Shown here: positions 19,762 to 30,417 of the stretch, in pieces
Layout of the letters: the number at the start of each line of letters is the position of its first letter
Position numbering within the stretch: position 1 is the stretch's first letter
DNA from: an uncultured delta proteobacterium
GTDB lineage: Bacteria > Myxococcota > Myxococcia > Myxococcales > Anaeromyxobacteraceae
DNA length: 64,000 nt
Assembly: GCA_963814585.1 (NCBI GenBank)
Contig: CAWFDF010000009.1
Span: 128,001-192,000 of the forward strand
Direction: 5' to 3'
Notes under the pieces: model-generated
What the model was told of the DNA's origin: nothing
Databases searched by the model: none
What the model saw: the letters and a program-made list of their open reading frames with translations, nothing else
Translations under genes and position numbers: made by a program

Positions 19762-20378
19762 CGCGGCCCTCGGGGCGCCCGGACGGCGTGGCGGCGCCGA
19801 TCCGGCCCGCTGATCCAGTCGCTGGGCGCCAGCAGGAAGCGCCAGCGCCGCGACGCCCAGCGCGGGCCGGCGGCGTCGACGTTCACCCGGCGCGTCACCA
19901 CGACGCGACCGGCCGGCTCGTCGCCGCGCTCGAAGAAGAGGACGCCGCCGCCGAGGTCGAGCCCGTTGTGCCGCTCGCGCTCGATGCCGAGCGCCCGGCA
20001 GAGGTTGCCGGGGCCGCGCGTCGAGTGGAGGCAGCCGGCCTCCGGCTCGGCGGCGCGCAGCAGCACCGCCGAGGGCTCGCCCGGCCGGCCGGTGACGACG
20101 TTGAGGCAGGCGTGCTGGCCGTAGATGGCGTAGACGTAGGCCACCCCGGGGCCGCCGAACATGATGCCGGCGCGCGGCGTGGGCCCCCGCCAGGCGTGGG
20201 AGGCCCGGTCCAGCCGGCCGTGGTAGGCCTCGACCTCGACGATGCGGGCGGCGCGGCGAACCCCGCCGTCGAGGTGGACGAGGCGCTGGCCCAGCAGCTG
20301 GCGCGCCACCAGCGGCGCCGGCCGGGCGAAGAAGGCGCGCTCCAGCCGCGGGGCGGGCCGGGCCGGGCCGCCGCTCAC
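19758..20378 (-). CDS. mpg: DNA-3-methyladenine glycosylase (AAG/MPG)
   Basis: [20 protein letters not shown]...CLNVV, AVLLRA.EP, GPGNL. Confidence 0.9.
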   Translation of the reverse strand: MSGGPARPAPRLERAFFARPAPLVARQLLGQRLVHLDGGVRRAARIVEVEAYHGRLDRASHAWRGPTPRAGIMFGGPGVAYVYAIYGQHACLNVVTGRPGEPSAVLLRAAEPEAGCLHSTRGPGNLCRALGIERERHNGLDLGGGVLFFERGDEPAGRVVVTRRVNVDAAGPRWASRRWRFLLAPSDWISGPDRRRHAVRAPRGPR

Positions 20379-21814
20379 GGCGAGGGCCGCGCCAGCCACG
20401 GCCTCGACTCGACGAAGACGCCGAAGAGCGAGCGGTCCACCTGCCCGCGCCGGGCCTCGTCGCCGAGGATGTCGAGGGCCCGCTCCACCGGGAGCGCCTT
20501 CTTGTAGGGGCGATCGCTGGCGGTGAGGGCGTCGAAGATGTCGGCGATGGTCATCATCCGCGTCTCCACGGCGATGGCCGGCGCCGCCACCGAGCGCGGG
20601 TAGCCGTGGCCGTCGAGCTTCTCGTGGTGGCCGTAGGCGATCTCGGGGACCCGCCGCAGCGTCCGGGTCCAGGGGATCTGCGAGAGGAAGCGGAAGGTGT
20701 GGGTGACGTGGCTCTCGATCTCGCGGCGCTCGTCCTCGGAGAGCGAGCCCTTGGGGATGGAGAGCAGGTGCAGCTCGTCGCCGGTGAGGAGCAGCCGGGA
20801 CTGGCCGCGCGGATCGGTGAAGGTCCGCCCTGCCAGCTCGGCCAGCCTCGCCGAGGCCGCCTCGGCCAGGACCGCCGGCCGGTTGGCCACCACCACCACC
20901 TCGAGCAGGGCGTCGAGCTCGGCCAGCCGCTCCTCGATCCCGGCCTCGCCGCGCCCCTCCAGGCGGGCCCGGAGCCGCTCGTTCTCCAGCGCGGCGCGGG
21001 CCAGCTCGAAGCGCCCCCTGAGCAGCTCGAGCTGGTGGGGCTGGAGCTTGTCGGCCTTGGTGAGGACGTTCTCGCGCACGCCCACCTTGCCGAAGTCGTG
21101 GAGCAGGGCGGCGTAGCGGAGCTGCTGCAGCGCCGACGCCTCGAAGCGGACGCCGCGCCAGTCCGGCGGCGGCGCCTGCTCGACGGCGCGCGCCAGGCCG
21201 ACCGTGAGGGTGGCGACCCGGCCGGAGTGGCCGGCGGTGGTGGGGTCGCGCGACTCGATGGCGGTGACCGAGGCCTGCACGAAGCCCTCGAAGAGCCGCT
21301 CGATCTCCTCGTGGAGCACGGCGTTCTCGATGGCGCTGGCGGCCGGCCCGGCCAGCGCCTGGAGCAGCTCCTCGTCCTCGTCGCCGAAGTCGCCGTCGCG
21401 CCGGTTGAGCGCCTGGATGACGCCGACCGGCTCGCCCCGGGTGTTGAGCATGGGGACGCAGAGGATGTTGCGGGTCCGGTAGCCGGTGCTGGCGTCGACC
21501 TCGGGGTTGAAGCGCGGGTCGGCGTAGGCGTCGGGGATGCGGATGGCGGCGCCGCTGGCGGCGACCGCGCCGGCGATGCCGGCGCCGAGCGGGATGCGGA
21601 TCTCGCCGGTGCCGTGGGCCACGGTGGTCCAGAGCTCGTGGCGCTCGCGGTCGACCACGAAGATGCTGCAGCGGTCGGCCTCGGCGACGCCGGCGGCCGC
21701 GTCGTTGATGGTCACCAGCAGGGCGGGGAGGTGCCGCTCGGCGGTCATGGCGCGGGCCACCTCGAGGAGGCGCTGCAGCTTCTCGAGGCGGCGGACCAGC
21801 GCGGCGTGTTCCAT
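20375..21814 (-). CDS. GAF + HD-GYP cyclic-di-GMP phosphodiesterase
   Basis: GAF ([16 protein letters not shown]), [23 protein letters not shown]. Confidence 0.9.
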   Translation of the reverse strand: MEHAALVRRLEKLQRLLEVARAMTAERHLPALLVTINDAAAGVAEADRCSIFVVDRERHELWTTVAHGTGEIRIPLGAGIAGAVAASGAAIRIPDAYADPRFNPEVDASTGYRTRNILCVPMLNTRGEPVGVIQALNRRDGDFGDEDEELLQALAGPAASAIENAVLHEEIERLFEGFVQASVTAIESRDPTTAGHSGRVATLTVGLARAVEQAPPPDWRGVRFEASALQQLRYAALLHDFGKVGVRENVLTKADKLQPHQLELLRGRFELARAALENERLRARLEGRGEAGIEERLAELDALLEVVVVANRPAVLAEAASARLAELAGRTFTDPRGQSRLLLTGDELHLLSIPKGSLSEDERREIESHVTHTFRFLSQIPWTRTLRRVPEIAYGHHEKLDGHGYPRSVAAPAIAVETRMMTIADIFDALTASDRPYKKALPVERALDILGDEARRGQVDRSLFGVFVESRPWLARPSP

Positions 21815-21911
21815 CGTGGGGGGACGGTATCGCCCCGGGCCCCGGCCCACAACTGGGGCGCGGGCGGGGTGGGCGCTGGACCCACCCGGCGCCTCGACGG
21901 TAGAAGTCGCC

Positions 21912-23378
21912 ATGCGCCGCGCCAAGATCGTCGCCACCATCGGACCCGCCACCGCCACCCCGGAGGCGCTGGAGGAGCTGCTCCGCCACGGCGTCGACGT
22001 CGCCCGGCTCAACTTCTCCCACGGCAGCCACGCCGACCATGCCAGGACCATCGGCCGGATCCGCGCCGCCTCGCGACACCTCGGCAAGCCGGTGGCGGTG
22101 CTGCAGGACCTGCAGGGGCCGAAGATCCGGACCGGCCCGCTCCGGGCCGGGCACGCCGGCGTGGCGCTGGTGACGGGCGAGACCATCGTCATCACCACCG
22201 CCGGCGAGGTGGAGGGCGACGAGCGGCTGGTGTCGACCACCTACGACCACCTGGCCGAGGACGTGAAGGCGGGCGACCGGCTGCTCATCGACGACGGCCT
22301 GCTGGAGCTCCGGGTGCTCTCCACCGACGGCGTGAAGGTGACCGCCGCGGTGGTGGAGGGCGGGACGCTCGGCGAGCACAAGGGGATCAACCTGCCCGGC
22401 GTGGCGCTGCGCACCGAGGCCATGAGCGAGAAGGACAAGGCCGACCTCGCCTTCGGCCTGGCCAACGGCGTCGACGCGGTGGCGCTCTCCTTCGTGCGGA
22501 CGGCCGAGGACGTGCTGCTGTGCCGGCGGCTCATGGAGCAGGCCGGGCGGGTGGTGCCGGTGATCGCCAAGATCGAGAAGCCGGAGGCGCTCGACGAGAT
22601 CGACGCCATCCTCGCCGCCGCCGACGGGCTGATGGTGGCGCGCGGCGACCTGGGCGTGGAGATCCTGCCGGAGCGGGTGCCGGGCATCCAGAAGATGCTC
22701 TGCCAGAAGGCCAACGCCCTGGCGAAGCCGGTGATCATCGCCACCCAGATGCTCAACTCGATGATCGAGCACCCGCGCCCGACCCGCGCCGAGGCCAGCG
22801 ACGTGGCCAACGGGATCTGGGACGGGGCCGACGCGGTGATGCTGTCGGGCGAGACGGCGAGCGGGAGGCATCCGCTGGCGTCGGTCCAGATGATGGACCG
22901 CATCGTCCGGGAGGCGGAGGCGACGGCGGGGACGGGCCGCGCGCCGGGGCTGACCGAGGCGGTGCCGGCGCCGATGGACGAGGTGGTCGCGGCGGCGGCG
23001 TGCCGGGCGGCGGGGAGCTCGGGGGCGGTGGCGATCTGCTGCTTCACGCTCTCCGGGACCACGGCGCGGCTGCTGGCCCACTTCCGGCCGCCGGTGCCGG
23101 TGGTGGCGTTCTCCACCGAGCAGCCGGTGCGGCGGCGCTGCGCGCTCTACTGGGGCGTGATCCCGGCGCTCATGGAGCCGGTCAAGAACGCCGACGCCAT
23201 GGCCGAGGCGGTGGCCGAGCGGCTGGTGGCGGACGGGATCGCCCGGCCCGGCGACCGGCTGGTGCTGGTCCACGGGTCGCCCATGGGCGTGGCCGGCAAG
23301 ACCAACTCGATCCGGCTCCACCAGATCCCGCGGGTCGGCGAGGCCGGGGCCGGACCGCGGTATCGCGTCCCGATCTGA
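21912..23378 (+). CDS. pyk: pyruvate kinase
   Basis: [47 protein letters not shown]. Confidence 0.97.
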   Translation: MRRAKIVATIGPATATPEALEELLRHGVDVARLNFSHGSHADHARTIGRIRAASRHLGKPVAVLQDLQGPKIRTGPLRAGHAGVALVTGETIVITTAGEVEGDERLVSTTYDHLAEDVKAGDRLLIDDGLLELRVLSTDGVKVTAAVVEGGTLGEHKGINLPGVALRTEAMSEKDKADLAFGLANGVDAVALSFVRTAEDVLLCRRLMEQAGRVVPVIAKIEKPEALDEIDAILAAADGLMVARGDLGVEILPERVPGIQKMLCQKANALAKPVIIATQMLNSMIEHPRPTRAEASDVANGIWDGADAVMLSGETASGRHPLASVQMMDRIVREAEATAGTGRAPGLTEAVPAPMDEVVAAAACRAAGSSGAVAICCFTLSGTTARLLAHFRPPVPVVAFSTEQPVRRRCALYWGVIPALMEPVKNADAMAEAVAERLVADGIARPGDRLVLVHGSPMGVAGKTNSIRLHQIPRVGEAGAGPRYRVPI

Positions 23379-23414
23379 GCCCGTCCCCGATCTGAGCCCG
23401 TCCCAGAGTAGTTT
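23369..23414 (-). repeat. 17-bp tandem duplication plus reverse copy of AAACTACTCTGGGAC motif
   Basis: CCCGATCTGAGCCCGTC x2 (23369-23402) followed by CCAGAGTAGTTT. Confidence 0.85.
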
Positions 23415-23522
23415 CGCGGACCCGCGGCCCGCGCCGCGGCCGACTTCATTCCATCGCACACGCCCAAGTCCTCGACTTCACGTGAGCGCCTGGTGGCCCG
23501 TCCGTTGCTCGAGACCGTCACC

Positions 23523-24419
23523 ATGACCGCCCCCCGGCAAGTCCTCCCGGCTACCACGTACCTCGTCACCCGCCGATGCCTCCAGCGCCGCTTCCTGCTG
23601 AGGCCATCTCCACTCACCAACCAGACGGTGGGCTACCTTCTCGCCGTTGCGGCCGCACGTTTCGACATCCAGGTCCATGTCTTCTGTGTGCTGTCCAACC
23701 ACTTCCACCTCGTGGTCACCGATCCCAAGGCCCAGCTCCCGGCCTTTCACCAGTACTTCGACTCGTTGGTGGCGCGGGCCATCAACGCGTCACTCGGCCG
23801 GTGGGAGACCTTCTGGGCGCCGGGCAGCTACTCGGCGGTCGCCTTGGCCACCCCGGCCGACATCGTCTCCAAGTCAGCCTACGTCCTGGCCAATCCGGTC
23901 GCCGCCGGCCTCATATCCAGGGCGCGGCGGTGGCCGGGGCTCTGGTCCAATCCAGCCTCCATCGCCGCCGAACCCCTGACGTTCGAGCGACCTGGCCACT
24001 TCTTCCGCGCGGAGGGCCTCCTGCCAGATCGGGCGGAGCTGGAGCTGGCCGCGCCGCCTGGCTTCGCTGACGCGGGGGCGTTCCGCGACCTGCTGCAGGC
24101 GGCGCTGTCGGCGTTGGAGGCGCGCGCCTGCGAAGAGGCCGCTGCGAGCGGGAGTGGCTTCGTGGGCGAGAGACGCATCACGAGGGTGTCGCCGCACGCG
24201 CAGCCGAGGAGCTTCGAGCCGCGGCGGGGCCTCAGGCCCAGGGTCGCGTGCCGCGACAAGTGGAAGCGGATCGAGGCGCTCGGGCGGCTTGCGGCCTTCG
24301 TCGAGGCCTATCGCTCGGCGCTCAGGAAGTGGCGGGGGGGATGTGTCGGCGTGGTGTTCCCGGCGGGAACCTACCTCGTGCGCGTGACCCACAACGTCGC
24401 GTGCGCAGCCGCGGGCTGA
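23523..24419 (+). mobile_element. Y1 HUH transposase, REP-associated tyrosine transposase (RAYT)/IS200-like, with C-terminal extension
   Basis: YLVTRRC, VLSNHFHLVV (HUH), FW, AYVLANPV (catalytic Tyr); more A/T-ending codons than neighbours. Confidence 0.85.
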
Positions 24420-24567
24420 GGGAGGCCGGACCGGCTGACCCATCGGCTCTCGTGGCCGCGCCTGGCTGGGGAGCCAACCCAGGCTGCGCCGGCGGCGTTG
24501 GCTCCAGGGACTGATTCTGGTTGGATCGCGCGTTGCCGCGGGCTCCCCGGGGCGCTAGAACGCGCGG

Positions 24568-25758
24568 ATGGACATTCCCGCGCTGCAGCGCGCCCTCGCC
24601 GAGCAGAAGCTGGACGGCTGGCTCCTGTACGACTTCCATGGACAGAACCCGACCGCCCTCACGGCTCTGGGTCTGGGCGGGCACATGCTGACCCGGAGGT
24701 GGTACTACCTCGTCCCCGCTCGCGGCGAGCCTCAGCTGGTGGTCCACGCCATCGAGCTCGGCTCCTTCCCGAAGGACATCCCGGGCCGGCGGCGCGGCTA
24801 CGCCTCCTGGCAGTCGCTCCAGGCCACGCTCCAGGAGCTGTTCTCGGCGCTTCCCCAGGCCCCGAAGCTGGCCATGGAGTACTGCCCCGGGGCCGCCATC
24901 CCTTACCTCTCGCGCGTCGACGCCGGCACCCTGGAGGTCGTCCGCGGCCTGGGCGCCAGTGTGGTCTCCTCCGCCGAGCTGGTGCAGCACTTCCTCTGCC
25001 GCTGGACCGACGCCCAGGTGGAGAGCCACCGCAGTGCCCTGCGCCTCATCGACGAGGCCAAGGACGCCGCCTTCGACCACATCGGTGAACGACTCCGGGT
25101 CGGGAAGGAACCCAGTGAAATCGAGGTCCAGCGCTTCCTCACCGACCGCTTCGCCGCCGCCGGCCTCGAGTTCGACCACGCCCCCATCGTCGCCGTGAAC
25201 GGGCACGCCGGCGACCCCCACTACGAGCCCTCCGACGCCACCCCCACCCCCGTCCGCCGCGGCGACCTGGTCCTCATCGACCTGTGGGCCCGCCACACCG
25301 GCCTCGACGACGTCTACGCCGACATCACCTGGGTGGCCTTCTGTGGCGACCGGCCAAACCCGAGGATGGAGCAGATCTTCCGCGCCGCCGCCGACGGCCG
25401 CGACGCCGGCCTGGCCCAGCTGAGGCGCGCCCACGCGGCCGGGGAGACGCTGCAGGGCTGGCAGGTCGATCGCACCGTGCGCGACACCATCGCTGCCCGG
25501 GGCTTCGGCGACCGCTTCATCCACCGCACCGGGCACTCCATCGGCGTCCGCGTCCACGGCGACGGCGCCAACCTCGACGACCTCGAGACCCACGACACCC
25601 GCACGCTGGTCCCCGGGCTCTGCTTCTCGATCGAGCCCGGCATCTACCTCCCCGAGGAGGGGATGGGCGTGCGCACCGAGATCGACGTGGTGCTGCGCCC
25701 CGACGGCCCGCAGGTCTACTCGAAGATCCAGCAGGAGCTGGTCCGGATCCCCTGCTGA
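24568..25758 (+). CDS. M24 family Xaa-Pro aminopeptidase
   Basis: DPHY, LIDLWA, YADITW, HRTGHSIG..HG, FSIEPGIY, GVRTE. Confidence 0.92.
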   Translation: MDIPALQRALAEQKLDGWLLYDFHGQNPTALTALGLGGHMLTRRWYYLVPARGEPQLVVHAIELGSFPKDIPGRRRGYASWQSLQATLQELFSALPQAPKLAMEYCPGAAIPYLSRVDAGTLEVVRGLGASVVSSAELVQHFLCRWTDAQVESHRSALRLIDEAKDAAFDHIGERLRVGKEPSEIEVQRFLTDRFAAAGLEFDHAPIVAVNGHAGDPHYEPSDATPTPVRRGDLVLIDLWARHTGLDDVYADITWVAFCGDRPNPRMEQIFRAAADGRDAGLAQLRRAHAAGETLQGWQVDRTVRDTIAARGFGDRFIHRTGHSIGVRVHGDGANLDDLETHDTRTLVPGLCFSIEPGIYLPEEGMGVRTEIDVVLRPDGPQVYSKIQQELVRIPC

Positions 25759-25780
25759 ACCCCGCGGGGACTTCTGCATG

Positions 25781-25804
25781 AACTACTCTGGGTCCGGAGA
25801 ATCG
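25781..25804 (+). repeat. AACTACTCTGGGTC-N6-ATCG motif copy
   Basis: Core identical to copies at 46209 and 46266. Confidence 0.8.
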
Positions 25805-27280
25805 TGAGCGAACTCGGTAGTTACGGCCTGGCCTCGCCTCCGCCGCCCGTCCCGCGCCCGGCGGCGTCGGTCATCTACTGGCGCCCCGGCCCGCGCGGCG
25901 CGGAGCTCTACCTGGTCCGGCGCGGCGCCACCCAGCGCTTCGCCCCCGGCTTCTCCGCCTTCCCGGGCGGCCGGCGCGACGACCAGGACGCCGCCATCCC
26001 GGTGCGCGCCCCCGGCCTGGCCGCCCCCGGCGACCTGGCCTGCGCCGCCCGCGAGCTCTTCGAGGAGATTGGCGTCCTCGCCGTCACCGGCGAACCGCCC
26101 CACCCCACCGCGCTGGCCGGGCACCGCGCCCGCCTGCTGGCCGGCGGCGCCACCTTCGCGGCGCTGCTGGACGAGCTGGGCGCCGAGGTGGACGGCGCGC
26201 GCTTCGCCGACGCCGGGCGCTGGGTGACGCCGGAGGTCTACGCGCTGCGCTTCGACGCCGTGAACTTCCTGGTCGAGTGGCGCCCGCACGAGTCGCCCAC
26301 GGTCTGGCCCGGCGAGCTGGCCGACGGCGCCTGGGTCCCCGCCGCCGCGGCGCTCGACGAGTGGTCGCGCGGCGATCGCTACCTGCTGCCGCCCAACCTC
26401 TGGCCGGTGCGGGTGCTGGCGCGCGGCCCCGCCCCCGACCTCGAGGCGCTGCGCCGCCCCGAGCCGGCCGCCTTCCGCAACGAGTACCAGCAGGGGATCT
26501 CGGCAGCTCCCGCTGCGGACCCCGACGCTCCCGCCCGCCGCCCACACCAACTGCTGGATCGTGGACCTCGGCGACCGCGTCGCCGTGGTCGACCCCGGCT
26601 CGCCCCACCCCGGCGAGCAGGCCCGGCTCGACCGGTTCCTCGAGGTCCTGGCCGGCGAGGGCCGGCCGGCGCGCGAGGTCTGGGTCACCCACGGCCACGC
26701 CGACCACGTCGGCGGCGTCCGGGTGCTGGCGGACCGTGGCCTCACCGTCCGGGCCCACCGCTCCATCGCCGCCCGGCTGCCCGGCGTGCTCTTCAAGCCG
26801 CTGCGCGAGGGCGAGGCGCTGGGGGGCCGCTGGATCGTCTTCTTCACTCCTGGTCACGCGAGCGACCACGTGGTCTTCCGCGACGAGGAGACCGGCGCGC
26901 TCATCGCCGGCGACATGCTCTCCACCCTCTCGACGGTGGTGATCGATCCGCCCGAGGGGGACATGGCCGAGTACCAGCGGCAGCTGGCCCGCCTGGCCGC
27001 GCTCGGGCCGGGCGCGCTCTACCCGGCCCACGGCCAGCCGGCCACCGACGGCCCGGCCGCCCTGCGCGCCGCCCTGGCCCACCGCCTGGAGCGGGAGCGG
27101 AAGATCCTCGACGCCCTGCGGGCCACCGGGACGCTGGGCGAGATCACCGAGCGGGCCTACGACGACGTGCCGCCGGCCATCTGGCCGCTGGCGGAGCGGA
27201 GCGGCCTGGCGGTCCTGCTCAAGCTGGCCGCGCAGGGCCAGGCGGTCGAGCGGAACGGCCGCTGGTCCCTGGCCGGCTGA
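25804..27280 (+). CDS. NUDIX + metallo-beta-lactamase-fold fusion (LACTB2-like), apparent +1 frameshift at about 26500
   Basis: FPGG..ARELFEEIG Nudix box; removing T26500 gives IRQLPLRTPTLPPAAHTNCW..THGHADHVGG..TPGH..GD..PAHG. Confidence 0.85.
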
Positions 27281-27298
27281 CCTCGGCGCCTCTGCGCC

Positions 27299-27371
27299 AC
27301 CTGGAAGGCCCGACCTGTGAGGCCGGACCTGAGAGGCCCGACCTGGAAGGCCCGACCTGTGAGGCCGGACC
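27299..27371. repeat. 14-bp tandem repeat, 5 copies
   Basis: ACCTG(GA/TG/AG)AGGCC(C/G)G units between convergent genes. Confidence 0.9.
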
Positions 27372-27376
27372 GGGAC

Positions 27377-28408
27377 TCAGCGGAGCGGCGAGCGGGCGGT
27401 GAGCCACTCGCGCACCGCCGGGAAGAGCTCGGCCGGCGCGCGCTTCCCCAGCACCAGGTCCCCGTGGCCCACCTCGGGCGCCGCCACCAGCAGCGCCTTC
27501 TCGCCGCCCCAGCGGGCGTAGCCCTCCTCGACCCCGGCCTGCAGCGCCAGGCCGTCGCGCGGCGCGGCCACGAAGAGGGCCGGCTGGCGGCAGCTGGCCA
27601 GCCCCTCCCGCCAGTCCTCCCGCCCGTCGAGCGAGCCCAGCCGCCCCTCCAGCGCCAGGCTCACGAAGTGGCGGACCACCCCGGGCGGCAGCTCCTCGAT
27701 GGCGTTCATGAGCAGCCGCCGGTAGACGGGCCGCTCCATGTTGCCGAGCTGGATGGCCAGCCCGGCCCGCCGCGGCTGCCACCAGCCGGCCACCGGCGCC
27801 ACCAGCTCGGCCAGCGGGCGGAAGAGCCGCCAGCGCGCCAGCCCCGGCATGAAGCGGTCCTCCGCCGGCTCCCGTGGCAGCCGGATGGGCGGGGCCAGCG
27901 CCACCACCCCGGCGATCCGGTCCGGGTACTTCTGCGCCGCCACCAGCCCGAGCAGCGCCCCCTGGCTGTGGCCCACCCAGAGCACCCGCCGCTCGCCGGT
28001 GGTCGCCTCGATGGCCTCGAGCGCCGCCTTCACGTCGAGCGCGAGGTAGTCGTCCAGCGTCCAGCTGCCGGGCGCGCCGGGCGGGGCGCGCCGGGAGCCG
28101 CCGTGCCCGCGCAGGTCGAGGGCGAAGCAGTCCAGCCCGCCCCCGGCGAGCGCCGCCGCCAGCGACCAGCGCTCCACGCCGAAGTCGAGCGCCTGCCGGT
28201 TCATGGCCACCCCGTGGAGCAGCAGCACCGGGATGCGGCGCGGCGGGCCCCTGGGCCGGCGCCGGCCCAGGCTGAGCCGCCAGCCGTCGGCCGCCACCGC
28301 CTCGATCACCTCGTCCTGCCGTCCCGGCGCCCGGAGCCTCCACCGCCAGAAGACGAGGTGGGCCGCGGCGGCGAGGACGAGGAGCAGGACCACGGTGGCG
28401 CCGGACAT
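27377..28408 (-). CDS. alpha/beta hydrolase with N-terminal membrane anchor
   Basis: LLHG, DLRGHG, GHSQG nucleophile elbow, GHGDL. Confidence 0.9.
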   Translation of the reverse strand: MSGATVVLLLVLAAAAHLVFWRWRLRAPGRQDEVIEAVAADGWRLSLGRRRPRGPPRRIPVLLLHGVAMNRQALDFGVERWSLAAALAGGGLDCFALDLRGHGGSRRAPPGAPGSWTLDDYLALDVKAALEAIEATTGERRVLWVGHSQGALLGLVAAQKYPDRIAGVVALAPPIRLPREPAEDRFMPGLARWRLFRPLAELVAPVAGWWQPRRAGLAIQLGNMERPVYRRLLMNAIEELPPGVVRHFVSLALEGRLGSLDGREDWREGLASCRQPALFVAAPRDGLALQAGVEEGYARWGGEKALLVAAPEVGHGDLVLGKRAPAELFPAVREWLTARSPLR

Positions 28409-28440
28409 GGGCGTCATTGTACGGCGAGACCCCGAGCCGT

Positions 28441-28718
28441 GCGGTGGACCGGGCCATGCGGCGGACCAGGTCATGCGGTGGACCGGGCCATGCGGCGGAC
28501 CAGGTCATGCGGCGGACCAGGTCATGCGGCGGACCAGGCCATGCGGCGGACCAGGCCATGCGGCGGACCAGGCCATGCGGCGGACCAGGCCATGCGGCGG
28601 ACCAGGCCATGCGGCGGACCGAGCCGTGCGGCGGACCGGGCCGTGCGGAGGACCAGGCCATGCGGCGGACCGGGCCGTGCGGCGGACTGGGCCGTGCAGC
28701 GGACCGGCCGTGCGGCGG
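28441..28718. repeat. 17-bp tandem array, about 16 copies
   Basis: Consensus GCGGCGGACCAGGCCAT, head-to-tail with no spacers. Confidence 0.95.
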
Positions 28719-28747
28719 CCGTGGGAGGCGAGCGTTGCGCGATCCGG

Positions 28748-28763
28748 TGGCCCGCTGGTTGCA
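28748..28763 (+). promoter_or_regulatory. putative sigma54 promoter upstream of glnB operon
   Basis: TGGCCCGCTGGTTGCA (GG-N10-GC with TTGCA). Confidence 0.65.
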
Positions 28764-28874
28764 CTGCTCCGGGACATGTCCAGGGGTCATGTCCAGTCCG
28801 CCACGTCCGCCTCCGCGCCAGCGCCCTGCCGGGCTGCCGGTCCGTCGGCCGGGGCGGCCCGCCAAGCGGGCGGA

Positions 28875-28916
28875 CTGTCCGGATGCCGAGCAGCCAGCTG
28901 CCCGGTTTTCGAGCAG
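28875..28916. promoter_or_regulatory. paired palindromic operator sites (probable NtrC boxes)
   Basis: CTGTCCG-N5-CGAGCAG and CTGCCCG-N5-CGAGCAG, 23 bp apart; same arrangement upstream of glnA. Confidence 0.7.
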
Positions 28917-28980
28917 GTCGCCTTGACCGGTCGCCGAAGCGAAGCGTAGCGTCAGCGTCACTTACACATCCACGAGGTGA

Positions 28981-29322
<342 letters not shown>

Positions 29323-29325
29323 CCG

Positions 29326-30408
29326 GTGCCCGCCTCCGCCCACCCGCCGCCGCTGACGGCCGCGCTCGCCCGGGCGGCCGTCGACTCGGTCGGCGACGCC
29401 ATCCTGCTGGTGGGCGCCGGCGGCGAGGTGCTCCACCTCAACCCGCCGGCCGAGGAGCTCTTCGGCCGGAGCCGGGAGCAGTCGGTGGGCCAGCCCGTCC
29501 GCTCCATCCCCGGCGCCGAGGCGCTGGGCCCGGTGGCCGAGCGGGCCCGGCGCTCCCAGGAGATCCAGGCCTCCTTCCTGCCCAGCCCGGCCGACCGGAG
29601 CGTGGCCGTCTCGGTGGAGGCCTCGCCGCTCTTCGACGGCTCGACCTGCCTCGGCGCGGTGGTGGTGCTCCGGGCCCCGCGCCACGGGGAGCGGACCCTC
29701 GACTTCGAGGCGCTGGCCGCCGGCCTGGCCCACGAGATCAGGAACCCGCTGGCCGGGCTGCAGGGCTCCGCCGAGCTGCTGGCGCGCGAGGCCGAGGGGA
29801 GCGCCCGGGACTACGCCCAGGTGATCGCCCGCGAGGCCCGGCGCGTCGATGGCCTGGTGCGCGAGCTGCTCGACCTGGCCCGCCCGGCGGCGCTCCACAT
29901 CGCGCCGGTGGACGTCCACCAGGTGCTGGGCGACGTGCGGGTGCTGGCCCGCGGCGTCCCCGGCGCCGACGGCGTCGCCGTGGTGGAGCGGTTCGACCCG
30001 TCGCTGCCCATGGTGCTCGGCGACGACGAGAAGCTCACCCAGGTGGTCCTCAACCTGGTCCGCAACGCCCTCGACGCGCTGGCAGGTCGCCCCGCGCCCC
30101 AGCTGGTGCTGGAGACCGCCGTGGCCTCCCAGCGGGTCCGGACCGCCAGCGGCCGCACCCGCCCGCTGGCGCGCGTCTCCATCAAGGACAACGGCCCCGG
30201 CGTCCCCGAGGCCATGCTGCCCCGCCTCTTCACCCCCTTCGCCACCTCCAAGCCGCACGGCACCGGGCTGGGGCTGGCCATCTCCAGGCGGATCATCGAC
30301 GCCCACGGCGGCCGGATCGAGGTGCGCAACCGCGCCGCGGGCGGCTGCGAGGCCAGCCTCTACCTCCCCCTCGACGTGGGGGGCCATGATGGCCCCGACC
30401 TTGCTTAG
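29326..30408 (+). CDS. ntrB: PAS sensor histidine kinase, NtrB-like
   Basis: PAS; AHEIRNPL; DNGPG; GTGLGL; lies between glnB and ntrC. Confidence 0.85.
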   Translation: MPASAHPPPLTAALARAAVDSVGDAILLVGAGGEVLHLNPPAEELFGRSREQSVGQPVRSIPGAEALGPVAERARRSQEIQASFLPSPADRSVAVSVEASPLFDGSTCLGAVVVLRAPRHGERTLDFEALAAGLAHEIRNPLAGLQGSAELLAREAEGSARDYAQVIAREARRVDGLVRELLDLARPAALHIAPVDVHQVLGDVRVLARGVPGADGVAVVERFDPSLPMVLGDDEKLTQVVLNLVRNALDALAGRPAPQLVLETAVASQRVRTASGRTRPLARVSIKDNGPGVPEAMLPRLFTPFATSKPHGTGLGLAISRRIIDAHGGRIEVRNRAAGGCEASLYLPLDVGGHDGPDLA

Positions 30409-30417
30409 GGAGACCAC

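Noticed and set aside
23523..24419. IS605/TnpB RNA-guided element
   Set aside because: No tnpB/iscB gene adjacent; the transposase is longer than IS200 TnpA
28441..28718. CRISPR array
   Set aside because: Head-to-tail 17-mers with no unique spacers and no cas genes in the window
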